A DNA stretch of 64,000 nt from Thermogutta terrifontis (GTDB lineage Bacteria > Planctomycetota > Planctomycetia > Pirellulales > Thermoguttaceae): positions 2,003,206 to 2,067,205 of the forward strand of contig NZ_CP018477.1 in the NCBI RefSeq assembly GCF_002277955.1, in the 5' to 3' direction. Made by a program: the position numbers and the translations under genes. Shown here one piece after another: positions 19,701 through 31,298 of the stretch (position 1 is the stretch's first letter; every line of letters starts with the position of its first letter). Below the pieces are notes generated by a model. It had not been told where the DNA came from. It did not search any database and saw only the letters and a program-made list of their open reading frames with translations.

Positions 19701-20306
19701 GTGGAAGATTGGGAGTTCTGCGGGGATCTCGCGAACTCTAGCTGTCAAGCATGTGATGCCAAAATGAACCTGAGCTGGATTGTTGACGATCCCACTCCTG
19801 TGGTGGTCATTATTGTGATCGTGGAGGCGATCCTCGGCCTTTTCTTTGTTGCTACCGTTCAGAAGCCTTTCCTGTGGGGGATGGGTGGAGCAGCCGTGGT
19901 GCTGGGGCTGGTGCTCCTGGCCGACTACCTTGTAATAACGGACCGGGAGGCCGTCGAACAGACGATCCGTGAAGGTGTTTCCGCCCTCCGCGACAACGAT
20001 CTGGAACGGGTCCTGACGTTTCTCTCCCCCTCCGCCGTCAAGACGCGGGAAAGAGCCATTTGGGCAATGAACCTCGTCCGCTTCACCGGGATTCACATTT
20101 CCGATTTGAAGATCGAGGTCAATCCCCGGACGAATCCGCCCACGGCAGAAGCACGTTTTTTTGCGGTTTTTCGCTACGAATTTCGGGAGAAAACAGCGGA
20201 ACACATCTACGAAGCCTACGCGGCCCGATTTACCGTCATCTTTGAAAAGGTCAACAACCGCTGGCTCCTCACCGACCACTACGAGTACGAAGCAGCCCGA
20301 CTGTAG
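19701..20306 (+). CDS. hypothetical membrane protein (two TM helices + NTF2/SnoaL-like soluble domain)
   Basis: TM segments (VVVIIVIVEAILGLFFVATV, GGAAVVLGLVLLADYLVI). C-terminal domain ending RWLLTDHYEYE. The alternative start ATG 19764 (MNLSW) is equally plausible. The overlapping antisense ORF 19494-20459 is low-complexity. Confidence 0.4.
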   Translation: MEDWEFCGDLANSSCQACDAKMNLSWIVDDPTPVVVIIVIVEAILGLFFVATVQKPFLWGMGGAAVVLGLVLLADYLVITDREAVEQTIREGVSALRDNDLERVLTFLSPSAVKTRERAIWAMNLVRFTGIHISDLKIEVNPRTNPPTAEARFFAVFRYEFREKTAEHIYEAYAARFTVIFEKVNNRWLLTDHYEYEAARL

Positions 20307-20343
20307 TACACGCTCACCCGCGGGTTGCGCGGGGCGTGCCGCT

Positions 20344-21264
20344 CTAACGGCCGAGTTGGTCCGCAGACTTCTGGCGGTCGGCCACCTTGTCGACGAGAAA
20401 ATCCTCAGTAAATCGGGTGCGGTAGTGAAAGCTGCTTGCCGGTCCCTGGAAGCCGACAACCTGCCGATCTACCTCGATTTCCTGGGAAAGAATGTGTCCG
20501 GCCGTCACGTCGAATTTGATGGTCCCTTCACTCAATCGTTGGACGAGCTGAACTTCCACTTCGGGGTCATCGATCGGCGTCAGAACCTGGGTTTTTACCT
20601 CAATTGTGGCCACGTCATTCTTCACAGACACAAGCGTGAACTTCTGCTGCACTTTGACCTTTTTGACTGTTCCATTGCGCAGCGGCACCATGATTTCATC
20701 GGGGAAAGTCCACGATTCACCAATGGCCACGGGCTCTTCCGGGAATGGGACTGTCAGGTAGCCATGGGTCTGGAAGGCATCGGGTTCCAGTTGTTCTCTT
20801 TCAAGGACATGGCCGCGGGAATCCAGCGTGATCCTGGCAAGCGGCTTCCCCACCGTTTTGGCGACGTCCTCAAATCCCAGCGGTGGATCCTGTTTCTCAC
20901 GGGTTGAATAGCGAACCTCGGGACGCCCCCCGATGCGATGTGTCATGTCCACGTCATCCACTTGCAATTGAAAAGTCACCGTTCCGTCTGGCCGCCGAGA
21001 AAGCACTTTCCATGTTTTAACTGATTGCGTTACCGTCTCGGCTGTTTGTTCTGTTTGCGTCACAACCGTGCGAACGCTCGCTCTGTGGACGACCCGCCAG
21101 CGAAGCTCCTCACCGGGCTGAAGACTGTAACGGAGCCGATAGCGACCGGGTTGAGAACTCGACGGTTTTTCCGATTGATCCGCGGCCCAAAGCCTCCCCA
21201 GACCCGGTACTACCAAGCAAACTACAAACGCACTCATTAAGACATGGTGTTTTCTAATGAACAT
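20344..21264 (-). CDS. hypothetical secreted protein
   Basis: N-terminal signal peptide (MSAFVVCLVVPGLGRLWAADQ). No recognisable catalytic motif. Confidence 0.4.
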   Translation of the reverse strand: MFIRKHHVLMSAFVVCLVVPGLGRLWAADQSEKPSSSQPGRYRLRYSLQPGEELRWRVVHRASVRTVVTQTEQTAETVTQSVKTWKVLSRRPDGTVTFQLQVDDVDMTHRIGGRPEVRYSTREKQDPPLGFEDVAKTVGKPLARITLDSRGHVLEREQLEPDAFQTHGYLTVPFPEEPVAIGESWTFPDEIMVPLRNGTVKKVKVQQKFTLVSVKNDVATIEVKTQVLTPIDDPEVEVQLVQRLSEGTIKFDVTAGHILSQEIEVDRQVVGFQGPASSFHYRTRFTEDFLVDKVADRQKSADQLGR

Positions 21265-21629
21265 GATGACGTCCCTGTCGCTATCGTGGCAACAAACAAT
21301 CCGAGCCCACGCGATACGACCGCGCTCACGTTTATGACTCCGGTTTGTAGCCGTGCATTGTCAACGGCCGCGGCGTAGATCGCCACTGTTATAAAAGCAG
21401 AACGCTCGGTCGCAAAGGTCAATTTTTTGGAAATCCCCCTCACCTGGAAATTTGGGATTCTTGAGGAAAAGGCGCAAAGTTTTGCGGGCGGTTTCAAAAG
21501 GTAGGAAAGCGATAATTCCATCGCTTCGAGAAGCGTGACCACCGGAGCTAAGCTTTGCGGATTACTTCCTGTCCCATCGGGCGTGATTCTGGGGAGTCGC
21601 TCGCGCTTCCGCGAATGCCGCAACGGCTG

Positions 21630-22487
21630 TCAGGAGATGTTTTCGATCGCTGGCACACAGGAACGCGTATGACCTCCCCAGCCAAGTTTTTCCCGCAGAG
21701 TGCGGTAATAGCTATGGCCGGGAGCACTGACGAGTTGAAATCTCGGTTCGGCCCGACGGACCCGTACGCAGTCTTCTCCGCGGAGTGTATCGATCGCCTG
21801 CCCATCGATCACCAGCATCGTGTTGGGCTGGGGATTGAGAACGCGGAGTTCGTACGTGCGATCCGCGGAATCGACCACCGGCCGATTGGACAGCGTGTGG
21901 GGACTGATAGGCGAAATGACAACCGCATCCAGGTCTTTCCGGAGGATGGGACCACCCGCGGACAGCGAGTGAGCTGTGGAACCCACCGGGGTGGCGAGGA
22001 TCAGGCCGTCCCCAGAGTACACCGTTGCCAGGTCGTGATCCACCCACAGTTCCACGTCTAGGAGACTAAACGGTGGCCCGTTGAGAATAGCCACCTCGTT
22101 GAGTGCCAACCATGATCCGCAACTCAAGCCGTCGCGCATCAGTTCACAATGCAGCATGAGGTGGTCGATGATCGGAAGTGGGCCGCGTGCTGCGAGAACC
22201 AGCACGGCTTCCAGTTCGTGTGGCGAAATATCCGCCAGAAAGCCCAGCCGACCGAGATTGACGGCGATAACCGGAAGCTGCCGGTTCCCCATTTGTCGTG
22301 CTGCCCGCAAAATCGAGCCGTCGCCACCGAAGACGATGGCAAAATCCGCCTGAAATTGCGACAGATCGACCTCGCCCGTCAGGTCGATGACGAGGATCTC
22401 CGCGTACCGTTCGATCATCGATTTCAGGCGGTTGACCTCCCGCACGACGTCCGGCCGACCCCCATATCCAAGGATGATCACCTTCAT
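21630..22487 (-). CDS. nadK: NAD kinase
   Basis: GGDGS motif (FAIVFGGDGSILRAARQM), NE/D short motif (LALNEVAI) and conserved C-terminal region. Start re-assigned to ATG 22487 (MKVIILGYGG). The track ORF extends to 22661 through a low-complexity leader. Confidence 0.85.
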   Translation of the reverse strand: MKVIILGYGGRPDVVREVNRLKSMIERYAEILVIDLTGEVDLSQFQADFAIVFGGDGSILRAARQMGNRQLPVIAVNLGRLGFLADISPHELEAVLVLAARGPLPIIDHLMLHCELMRDGLSCGSWLALNEVAILNGPPFSLLDVELWVDHDLATVYSGDGLILATPVGSTAHSLSAGGPILRKDLDAVVISPISPHTLSNRPVVDSADRTYELRVLNPQPNTMLVIDGQAIDTLRGEDCVRVRRAEPRFQLVSAPGHSYYRTLREKLGWGGHTRSCVPAIENIS

Positions 22488-22542
22488 AGCGTAATCTCTC
22501 GCGGGAGCACGTGTTGAGGCCTCGACGCCACCCCGGCGTGGA

Positions 22543-24450
22543 TCAGGAAAATGCTCTCCGGTGGCATCGTCTTTCTGCTGCTTGTCGGCAAGCCTGGGCG
22601 ATCCCCTCCACGTCAAGCCCGAGGTCGGCAAGTTGCTCCCCTCGCTCGGCGTGTTCCACAAATCGGTCGGGAATCCCCAGTCGCTTGATATGAGACGTAT
22701 TTAAGCCCGCGTCATTTGCGGCTTCCAGTACCGCACTTCCAAACCCACCCTGGAGTACCCCTTCTTCAACCGTGATCACGACCGGACTTTCCTCAATAGC
22801 GGAAAGAATGGTCTCGGTGTCCAGCGGCTTCACGAATCGGGCATTGATAACCCCGAAGTTGAGCCCCTCCTGAGCCAATTGCTCGGCGGCAGCCACGCAT
22901 GCGGGTAGGAGCGCCCCGCAACAGATGATTGTTCCGTCGGCACCGTCCCGAATCCGCTCCGCCTTGCCGAGTGTCACCGGTGCGAATGTCCGCGGCACTT
23001 TTTCTGCTTTGGCCTTGGGATAACGGATGGCAACCGGCCCATCGTGGCTGAGGGCGAATTCCAGCATTGCCGGAAGATCGGCGGCATCGCCGGGAGCCAT
23101 GACTGTCACATTCGGGAAAGGTCGGAAGTACGCGAAATCAAACACGCCATGGTGAGTCGGACCATCTGCTCCCACCACGCCAGCGCGATCCATCATGAAC
23201 ACAACGGGCAGATTCTGCAGGGATACCTCCTGGAAAAGTTGATCATAGGCACGCTGGAGGAATGTGCTGTAAATATCCACGATGGGACGGACGCCCGCCT
23301 TTGCCAAACCTGCGGCGAACCCAACCGCATGCGATTCGCAAATTCCCACATCGAAATAGCGATCGGGGAATTCATCGCGGACCGGTTCGAGCATATTCCC
23401 CTGGCACATGGCGGCCGTGATCACCACCACCCGCTTGTTCTTGCGCATCTGTTCCAGAATGGCGTTTCGTGCCACTTCAGTGAACGTCACCGAGGAGCCG
23501 TTGCTTTTGAAGGCGACCTCGGTGCCATTAATTCGGTGGAACGGTGCGGGGGCGTGAAATGTTCGAGGATCGCGCTCTGCCGGCGGGAATCCACGCCCTT
23601 TCTCGGTCAATACGTGCAGCAGCACCGGCCCGGGGAACTGCTTGACCATTCGGAGATACTTCTGTAGTTGGGCGATGTTATGCCCGTCAACCGGTCCGAT
23701 ATAGCGGAATCCCAACTCCTCAAATAGCATTCCGCCCAGCATCCCGGCCTTTATCGCATCGCGGAGTTGATCGAGAAGCCGCTCCATCGACGTTCCCACC
23801 AGCGGCACCTTGGACAGCAGATTATAAACTTCGTTCTTTATGCCGGAATACAGCGGGGCCATGCGAAGGCGATCGAGATATTCCGCGATACCTCCCACTC
23901 TCTGGCATATGGACATCCGGTTGTCGTTGAGAACCACGATCAGCGGCTTTTTGAGCCATCCCGCGTGGTTCATGGCCTCGGAGACAATTCCGGAAGGAAA
24001 CGCTCCGTCGCCAATAACCGCCACAACATGACGATGCTCTTCCGGTCGAACCAGATCATCGCCGCATTTCAGCCCAACGGCCGTGGAAATGCTGCATCCC
24101 GCATGGCCAGTCATGAAAAGATCGTAGGGACTTTCCGCGGGGTTGGGATAGCCCATCAAACCACCTTTGGTTCGGATCGTGTGGAAACGATCGAACCGTC
24201 CGGTAATCATTTTGTGGGGATAAACCTGATGCCCGGTGTCCCAAATGAGGCGGTCCCGGGAAAAATCAAAGACGGTGTGGAGAGCAAGCGTCAGCTCGAC
24301 AACCCCCAGATTGGAGGCAAAATGGGCCGAGCGTGTGCCGAGAAGCTGGCACATCGTCTCTCGAATTTCGCCAGCCAGTTCCTGCAACTCCTCAAGACTG
24401 AGCGATTGAAGATCCTGGGGTGACTTAATGCGGTTGAGGATCTTGACCAT
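22543..24450 (-). CDS. dxs: 1-deoxy-D-xylulose-5-phosphate synthase
   Basis: TPP-binding GDG motif (AVIGDGAFPSG), transketolase-like pyrimidine-binding and C-terminal domains. 635 aa. The start ATG overlaps the ispA stop by 1 nt (TGATG). Confidence 0.95.
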   Translation of the reverse strand: MVKILNRIKSPQDLQSLSLEELQELAGEIRETMCQLLGTRSAHFASNLGVVELTLALHTVFDFSRDRLIWDTGHQVYPHKMITGRFDRFHTIRTKGGLMGYPNPAESPYDLFMTGHAGCSISTAVGLKCGDDLVRPEEHRHVVAVIGDGAFPSGIVSEAMNHAGWLKKPLIVVLNDNRMSICQRVGGIAEYLDRLRMAPLYSGIKNEVYNLLSKVPLVGTSMERLLDQLRDAIKAGMLGGMLFEELGFRYIGPVDGHNIAQLQKYLRMVKQFPGPVLLHVLTEKGRGFPPAERDPRTFHAPAPFHRINGTEVAFKSNGSSVTFTEVARNAILEQMRKNKRVVVITAAMCQGNMLEPVRDEFPDRYFDVGICESHAVGFAAGLAKAGVRPIVDIYSTFLQRAYDQLFQEVSLQNLPVVFMMDRAGVVGADGPTHHGVFDFAYFRPFPNVTVMAPGDAADLPAMLEFALSHDGPVAIRYPKAKAEKVPRTFAPVTLGKAERIRDGADGTIICCGALLPACVAAAEQLAQEGLNFGVINARFVKPLDTETILSAIEESPVVITVEEGVLQGGFGSAVLEAANDAGLNTSHIKRLGIPDRFVEHAERGEQLADLGLDVEGIAQACRQAAERRCHRRAFS

Positions 24451-25361
24451 CAGTGTTTCCGAGTCCCCACAAAAAAGGCCAGTGCCACGAGATGGCGTCC
24501 ATCGATCGGTAACTCTGCCAGGGCCTCGGCAGCCTGAGAAACGAGCTGGCCAACCATCTCGCGGCTTTTCTCAACTCCCAGAAAACGTGGGAATGTCAAT
24601 TTTTTCTGGGCGTCATCCTTTTTCAAGCGTTTCCCTACCAATTTTTCATCACCTTCAAGATCAAGCAAGTCGTCTGTAATTTGAAAGGCGAGCCCCAGTG
24701 CCCTGCCATATTCGCGCAATCCGCGCAAAACCTCCTCCGTGGCTTCGGCGAGGGTGCCCCCCAGCATGAGGGATGCTTCGATCAAAGCCCCTGTTTTTCG
24801 GCGATGAATGGATTCCAGCAGCTCGAGCGAGCCCTCGGCTGTGGCCGCCTGAATGTCATCTGCCTGGCCACCCACCAACTGGCAGGGCCCTGCAGCCTCC
24901 GCCAGCAACCTGCAGCATTCGGCGGCCAAACGAGGAGGATGGATATCCTTCGCCAAAGTCTCGAATGCCAGCGTCAAAAGCGCATCACCAGCTAGGATCG
25001 CCGTCGCCTCGTCAAACTTTCGATGACACGTCGGCTGGCCCCGCCGCAGATCATCATTGTCCATAGCGGGTAAGTCATCATGGATGAGGGAGTACGCATG
25101 AATCATTTCGACGGCGCATGCCGCCGGTAACGCCCGATCCCATTCCTTCCCGCACGCTTCCGTACTAAGAAGTACCAAAAGCGGCCGGAACCTTTTGCCA
25201 GGGGCCAGGAGACTGTATCGGATGGCTTCTCTGAGTCGGGAAGGACATCCTTCCGGAAAATTTGTGCGACGGTCCAGCTCGGCATCGATCCGCTGCCGCA
25301 TTTCCTCTAGATGCGCGGCGGTTTCCTGCCAGTCGTAGGAAGGAATTCTCACGTTGGACAT
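24450..25361 (-). CDS. ispA: polyprenyl diphosphate synthase (farnesyl/geranylgeranyl diphosphate synthase)
   Basis: First and second Asp-rich motifs (LIHDDLPAMDNDDLRRG, ITDDLLD). 303 aa. Confidence 0.9.
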   Translation of the reverse strand: MSNVRIPSYDWQETAAHLEEMRQRIDAELDRRTNFPEGCPSRLREAIRYSLLAPGKRFRPLLVLLSTEACGKEWDRALPAACAVEMIHAYSLIHDDLPAMDNDDLRRGQPTCHRKFDEATAILAGDALLTLAFETLAKDIHPPRLAAECCRLLAEAAGPCQLVGGQADDIQAATAEGSLELLESIHRRKTGALIEASLMLGGTLAEATEEVLRGLREYGRALGLAFQITDDLLDLEGDEKLVGKRLKKDDAQKKLTFPRFLGVEKSREMVGQLVSQAAEALAELPIDGRHLVALAFFVGTRKH

Positions 25362-25423
25362 GAAAGAGAGACCTACTGCGTAACGAACGCCGAGATTTTA
25401 AGTTCGCTAGTTCCTGACCGGAT

Positions 25424-25849
25424 TCAGCTTTCCTCCCCTTTTGCACCCCGCCTTCGACTACGTTTTTCCCGTTTTTCTTCCAGAGACATTTCTTCTTCTG
25501 CGAACGGCTTTGTGATGGGAGTTCCGTTTTCGCCGATGCCGGTGAGGATTTCAATTCGCTGTTCGGCACGTTTCAAAAGTTCCCGACATCGCCTGATCAG
25601 CCGAATTCCGCGTTCGTAGGCTGCCAGGGCCTCATCCAAACCGAGATTGCCCCGCTCGAGTTGTTCCACGACGCGTTCCAGCTCCCCCATCGCTTTTTCG
25701 AACGACAGCTCTTCTTCCGGGCTGGAAGACTCAGCCCTATCCTGAGCGGCATTCGGCACGCAGGCCTGGTCGCTCTTGCTCAGCGCCGATTCGCCGTCGT
25801 TGCATGAATCACCGGTCAAAGGGACCATTGCGAGATCACTCCCATTCAA
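25424..25849 (-). CDS. xseB: exodeoxyribonuclease VII small subunit (oversized: N- and C-terminal low-complexity extensions)
   Basis: Central XseB core ([55 protein letters not shown]). 141 aa versus about 80 typical. The track start overlaps the guaA 3' end. An internal ATG (MVPLTG, 25828) may be the real start. Confidence 0.7.
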   Translation of the reverse strand: MNGSDLAMVPLTGDSCNDGESALSKSDQACVPNAAQDRAESSSPEEELSFEKAMGELERVVEQLERGNLGLDEALAAYERGIRLIRRCRELLKRAEQRIEILTGIGENGTPITKPFAEEEMSLEEKREKRSRRRGAKGEES

Positions 25850-27383
25850 TTGTCGCCGGAGGCTTCGAGCTTATATCGTACACCACACGATTAATACCGG
25901 GAACCTCGTTGATAATACGTGTGGCAATCCGTCCCAAGAGGTCATAGGGCAGGCGGGACCAGTCGGCTGTCATGAAATCCTCGGTATCGACCGCGCGAAC
26001 TGCGATAACCTCCTCGTAAGTCCGGGCATCGCCCATGACCCCCACGGTCTGCACCGGCAACAGGACGGCGAACGCCTGTGCTGTTTTGCGATACCATCCT
26101 GCTTTCTTGATTTCCTCCACCACGATGGCGTCGGCCTGACGAAGGATTTCCAGCCGTTCTTTGGTGACAGCACCGAGGCATCGCACCGCCAAACCGGGAC
26201 CGGGGAAAGGATGCCGCCACACGATCTCCTCCGGCAAGCCCAATTGAAGGCCGAGTTGTCGAACCTCGTCCTTAAAAAGATTGCGGAGTGGCTCGATCAG
26301 TTCAAACTGCAGGTCCTGTGGGAGACCACCCACGTTATGATGGAGTTTGATTGTGGCGGCTGGACCGTCACGCAAACCGCCGCTTTCGATCACATCGGGA
26401 TAGAGTGTACCCTGGGCAAGAAACCGTGCCCGCGGAATCTTGGCCGCTTCCTCGGCGAAGCAATCGATGAATATCCGCCCGATGATTTTTCGCTTTTCCT
26501 GAGGATCTGTCACCCCCGCCAGCGCGGCCAGAAAGCGATCTTCCGCCCGCACCACATGGAGATCCGTCTTGAAGTGTTTGCTGAATTCCTCAATGACGGA
26601 TTCGATTTCTCCTCGCCGCATCAGACCGTTGTCGACGAGAATGCACGCCGTTTGGTCGCCGACAGCGCGGGAAAGGAGGGCCGCCGTCACCGAAGAATCG
26701 ACACCTCCGGACAAGCCACAAATGACGCGATTACTACCCACGCGTTGTCGGATCTCGGCTATCGTTTCTTCCGCGAAATCTGTAAGCTTCCATGTCCCCT
26801 GACATCCGCAGACACGCTTCACAAAGTTCGCCAGGATCTGCGAGCCGTATGAGGTGTGCGTCACTTCTGGGTGAAACTGGAGTCCATAAATCGGCCGACG
26901 GCGATGCTTGACGGCCGCCAAGGGACAACTGTCGGTGGAAGCCAGGACAGTAAATTCTTCAGAAATGGCGGTCACCTGGTCGCCGTGACTCATCCACACC
27001 TGAAACTCGTTGGGCAATCCCTCAAACAGCTCATTGGGCTCCCGAATGCGGCACAGAGCCGGGCCGTATTCACGCCCCCGCTGACTTTCCACTTTGCCCC
27101 CCAGACTCTGACAGACGAGTTGCATTCCGTAGCAAATGCCCAGGATGGGCAGGTTCAGTTGAAAAAGGTCGGGGTCACAACGGGGACTGTCATTCCAGTG
27201 CACGCTGGCTGGCCCACCCGAAAAGATCAAACCGCGGGGCGCGATTTCCTGGACTCTCTCTGCAGGAATGTCGTGTCGGACTATTGCCGCATACACGTTT
27301 TGCTCGCGGACCCGCCGCGCAATAAGCTGCGCGTATTGAGAACCAAAATCGAGGACCAGGATTTTTTCGTCAGTTACGCTCAT
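25836..27383 (-). CDS. guaA: GMP synthase (glutamine-hydrolysing)
   Basis: Class-I glutamine amidotransferase domain (catalytic Cys in GICYGMQL), ATP-PPase motif SGGVDSSV, C-terminal dimerisation domain ending PPATIEWE. Confidence 0.95.
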   Translation of the reverse strand: MSVTDEKILVLDFGSQYAQLIARRVREQNVYAAIVRHDIPAERVQEIAPRGLIFSGGPASVHWNDSPRCDPDLFQLNLPILGICYGMQLVCQSLGGKVESQRGREYGPALCRIREPNELFEGLPNEFQVWMSHGDQVTAISEEFTVLASTDSCPLAAVKHRRRPIYGLQFHPEVTHTSYGSQILANFVKRVCGCQGTWKLTDFAEETIAEIRQRVGSNRVICGLSGGVDSSVTAALLSRAVGDQTACILVDNGLMRRGEIESVIEEFSKHFKTDLHVVRAEDRFLAALAGVTDPQEKRKIIGRIFIDCFAEEAAKIPRARFLAQGTLYPDVIESGGLRDGPAATIKLHHNVGGLPQDLQFELIEPLRNLFKDEVRQLGLQLGLPEEIVWRHPFPGPGLAVRCLGAVTKERLEILRQADAIVVEEIKKAGWYRKTAQAFAVLLPVQTVGVMGDARTYEEVIAVRAVDTEDFMTADWSRLPYDLLGRIATRIINEVPGINRVVYDISSKPPATIEWE

Positions 27384-27670
27384 CGTATCCCGTAGATTCT
27401 ATCGGTACCAAAAGAAAGATGGCCCCTCACTCGCCGAGTCTCACTCCTTTCACATGAGTGCGGAGCTTACCAGCCGTTGCTTCTTCGTACCGCGTCAAAA
27501 CTTCAATATCCCTAACAGGCTTGTAATCTGAAAAATGAAGCAAGGCGCTCCCTCCGGAACGCCTTGGATCTATTTACGCTCATCAATTACGGAAAGACTT
27601 CTGGGACTTTTCCGGCCCCAAATACGGATTTGCTTCCTAGCCACCGCACAAAAGTGCAGCGGGCGAGAAG

Positions 27671-29128
<1,458 letters not shown>

Positions 29129-29323
29129 CTACCCCGGGGTTAAAACACATATTGTGATGCAAAACGGCGATGACGACCAGACAGGGCGTCCCACTTTACC
29201 AGAGGCCGGCACAAATCCTCAAAAAGCCAAACTTTAAGCCATAGCACTTTCTACCAGACTAAATTGATGAGCCACACACCTTGTTTGCAAGTGGAACGCC
29301 AGGATACTCAGCGCAGCCAGTGG

Positions 29324-30034
29324 TTAGTACCGCGGAGAAGCTTTTTCCGCCAAGGCGGGCTGGCTTTCTCCGGCTGGGGTGCCGCCGTAAACATACGCTT
29401 CCCATTGTTTGAGGTCCATGCCAAAGTCCTTGCCGGTGGTTTGTTTGAGGGATTGCACGGCAAGGTACTGGATGGCCGGATCGCGATTGCGGAGAAGTTG
29501 AGCTAGAACTTGGTTCGCCCTGGGATCGTGGAGTCGGCCCAGCGCCTTGATTGCCGCCTGGCGAACGTCCTGATCCCGGTCGTTGAGGGCTAACTCAGAC
29601 AGCACGGACACCGCGGAACCAGAGGGACTTTTGGCAAGGAGATGGCACAATTGGATCCGTACGCTTGGCTCCTCGTCGCTCTTGGCACGTTCCACAAGTG
29701 TGTCGCTCGGTGGCAGGTTCAACTGCCCCATGAGACGAAGAAGCTCGGCTCTCAATTGTGGGTCGTCCTCCTTAAGAAAGGCTTCTTCCAATTGTCGGGC
29801 TACGTTTGATTTGGCGCTTGGACTTGTCGCGCTTTTGACCAGCTTTTGCCAGTTTTGAAGCTTCTCCCGCGGGGCGACGATTCCTGGAGGCAGTGGAATA
29901 TCCTGCGATGTTTTCTTCTTTCGCAAAAAGCTGTTCGAGCCGCTACAGCCTGCGGCTAGCACAAGCATGATCAGCACTCCACCAAAGACGCAGTATTTTG
30001 TGAGCGCAGGCGTTCGTGGCTTGTTACGCCTCAT
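29324..30034 (-). CDS. HEAT/PBS-lyase-repeat lipoprotein
   Basis: Start re-assigned to ATG 30034 (MRRNKPRTPALTKYCVFGGVLIMLVLAAGCSG). Lipobox L-A-A-G-C. Repeated HEAT-like units (DEEPSVRIQLCHLLAKS, DRDQDVRQAAIKALGRL, NRDPAIQYLAVQSLKQ). Confidence 0.55.
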   Translation of the reverse strand: MRRNKPRTPALTKYCVFGGVLIMLVLAAGCSGSNSFLRKKKTSQDIPLPPGIVAPREKLQNWQKLVKSATSPSAKSNVARQLEEAFLKEDDPQLRAELLRLMGQLNLPPSDTLVERAKSDEEPSVRIQLCHLLAKSPSGSAVSVLSELALNDRDQDVRQAAIKALGRLHDPRANQVLAQLLRNRDPAIQYLAVQSLKQTTGKDFGMDLKQWEAYVYGGTPAGESQPALAEKASPRY

Positions 30035-30651
30035 CAGATGATTTTCCAGTTTGGATAGGGAGACACACATGAACGGGTCTGCCACAGCGCGAGGTCAAGG
30101 GTTTTCCGTCCATGCCTGACGACGTCCGACAAATTGTCGACAAGCAGGGGGCCGACGGTATCCCTGTCCGCAGACGCCCTTGCTGACATGACTTGCGGAT
30201 GCTTCCTCCATCAGCGCCTAAAGTGCCCGCCGTACGGCCCAAGAATCCCTCTCGCCCGAAACAACCACCCAGATACCCTCGGAGAATACTTACCCAATTC
30301 GGTTCAGTTTGCCAAGGTTTATTTTGCTTCCTTTTTGATGGAGGGGCCAAAACCAGGTCAATGTGCGCCGTGATCCTCAGAACCGCTGGCCTGACTGTGT
30401 CTCGAGGCCGGCTCCCTGGGAATCCGTTCGAAAAGACTCGCGCTGGGCCGGCGAACGGACGTGAATTAGGATAATCTCGGAAGAGCGTTGCCAAATTGGC
30501 GGCGACCATTCGCCCTCCGAATGGGGATGTGATATGATAACAGGTGGTAATGGCCATCCCCTGCGCATGTTCCTCGAGTGGTCTCGACCTACGGATGTTT
30601 ATCGCAGGGTGGTTTACGGTCCATTGGGCGCAAAGGGAAGGAGCGAGTGTC

Positions 30652-31161
30652 ATGATTGAACCTGCCGATCATACGAAAAGACGCAATTGGGTCGAGACCA
30701 TCCTCAGATACGTGCCGGGATTCCGCGGATACTTGGAAAAGGAGTACCGTCGAGAAAGCGACAACCTCCAGCGTGAATGGCTGGCAGGTCGCCTGGAGCG
30801 GGCCAAGCGGGCCATTGACAATCTGATGGGGTTACTGGCCGAAGGAGGACACGTGGACCAACTCGCCAAGCTGGATCAGGTCCGCAGCCGGATCGATCAT
30901 CTCATCGCGCGCGTCCGGGGGGCGATGGAGGGCTATAGCGGTTTCTTTGACCTTGTCAGAATCGACGAAGCGGTGCTCGATCGTGTCTATGAATATGATG
31001 TGTCCCTCGCAGAGAAGGTGGAGGAACTGGCAACGGCCATCGAGCGCTTGCCCAAATGCCCCTCTGACCTATCCTGCGCAATCGACGAGGTGGTCGCTTC
31101 GCTCCAACAGTTCCACCACCTCTGGGATGCCCGCGAAGAGATTCTCGCTGGTCTGCGATAA
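30652..31161 (+). CDS. hypothetical all-alpha cytoplasmic protein (about 170 aa)
   Basis: ATG 30652 preceded by GGAAGGAG (30636-30643) with an 8-nt spacer. The track ORF starts further upstream without an RBS. Helical, charged, no TM. Lies 138 bp upstream of the SPFH gene on the same strand. Confidence 0.4.
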   Translation: MIEPADHTKRRNWVETILRYVPGFRGYLEKEYRRESDNLQREWLAGRLERAKRAIDNLMGLLAEGGHVDQLAKLDQVRSRIDHLIARVRGAMEGYSGFFDLVRIDEAVLDRVYEYDVSLAEKVEELATAIERLPKCPSDLSCAIDEVVASLQQFHHLWDAREEILAGLR

Positions 31162-31298
31162 GTGGCGATGAGTCAGGACTCATGAATTGTCCACGCCTCA
31201 TGAGATTGGCACGCGAGAAGTTAAAAAGGTTTTCCGCGCAACCGAAATTACCGAGGCGGGCGTGTTATCTCGCAAGAATTGACTGAGGAGATTGTTCA

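Noticed and set aside
19494-20459. 321-codon minus-strand ORF overlapping the plus-strand membrane protein gene
   Set aside because: The translation is compositionally implausible (runs of G/R/H/N, no domains). The plus-strand ORF encodes clear TM helices and a folded C-terminal domain.
30024-30653. 209-codon minus-strand ORF and 79-93-codon plus-strand ORFs in the 30035-30651 gap
   Set aside because: No RBS, and composition atypical of the surrounding genes. I treated the region as non-coding.
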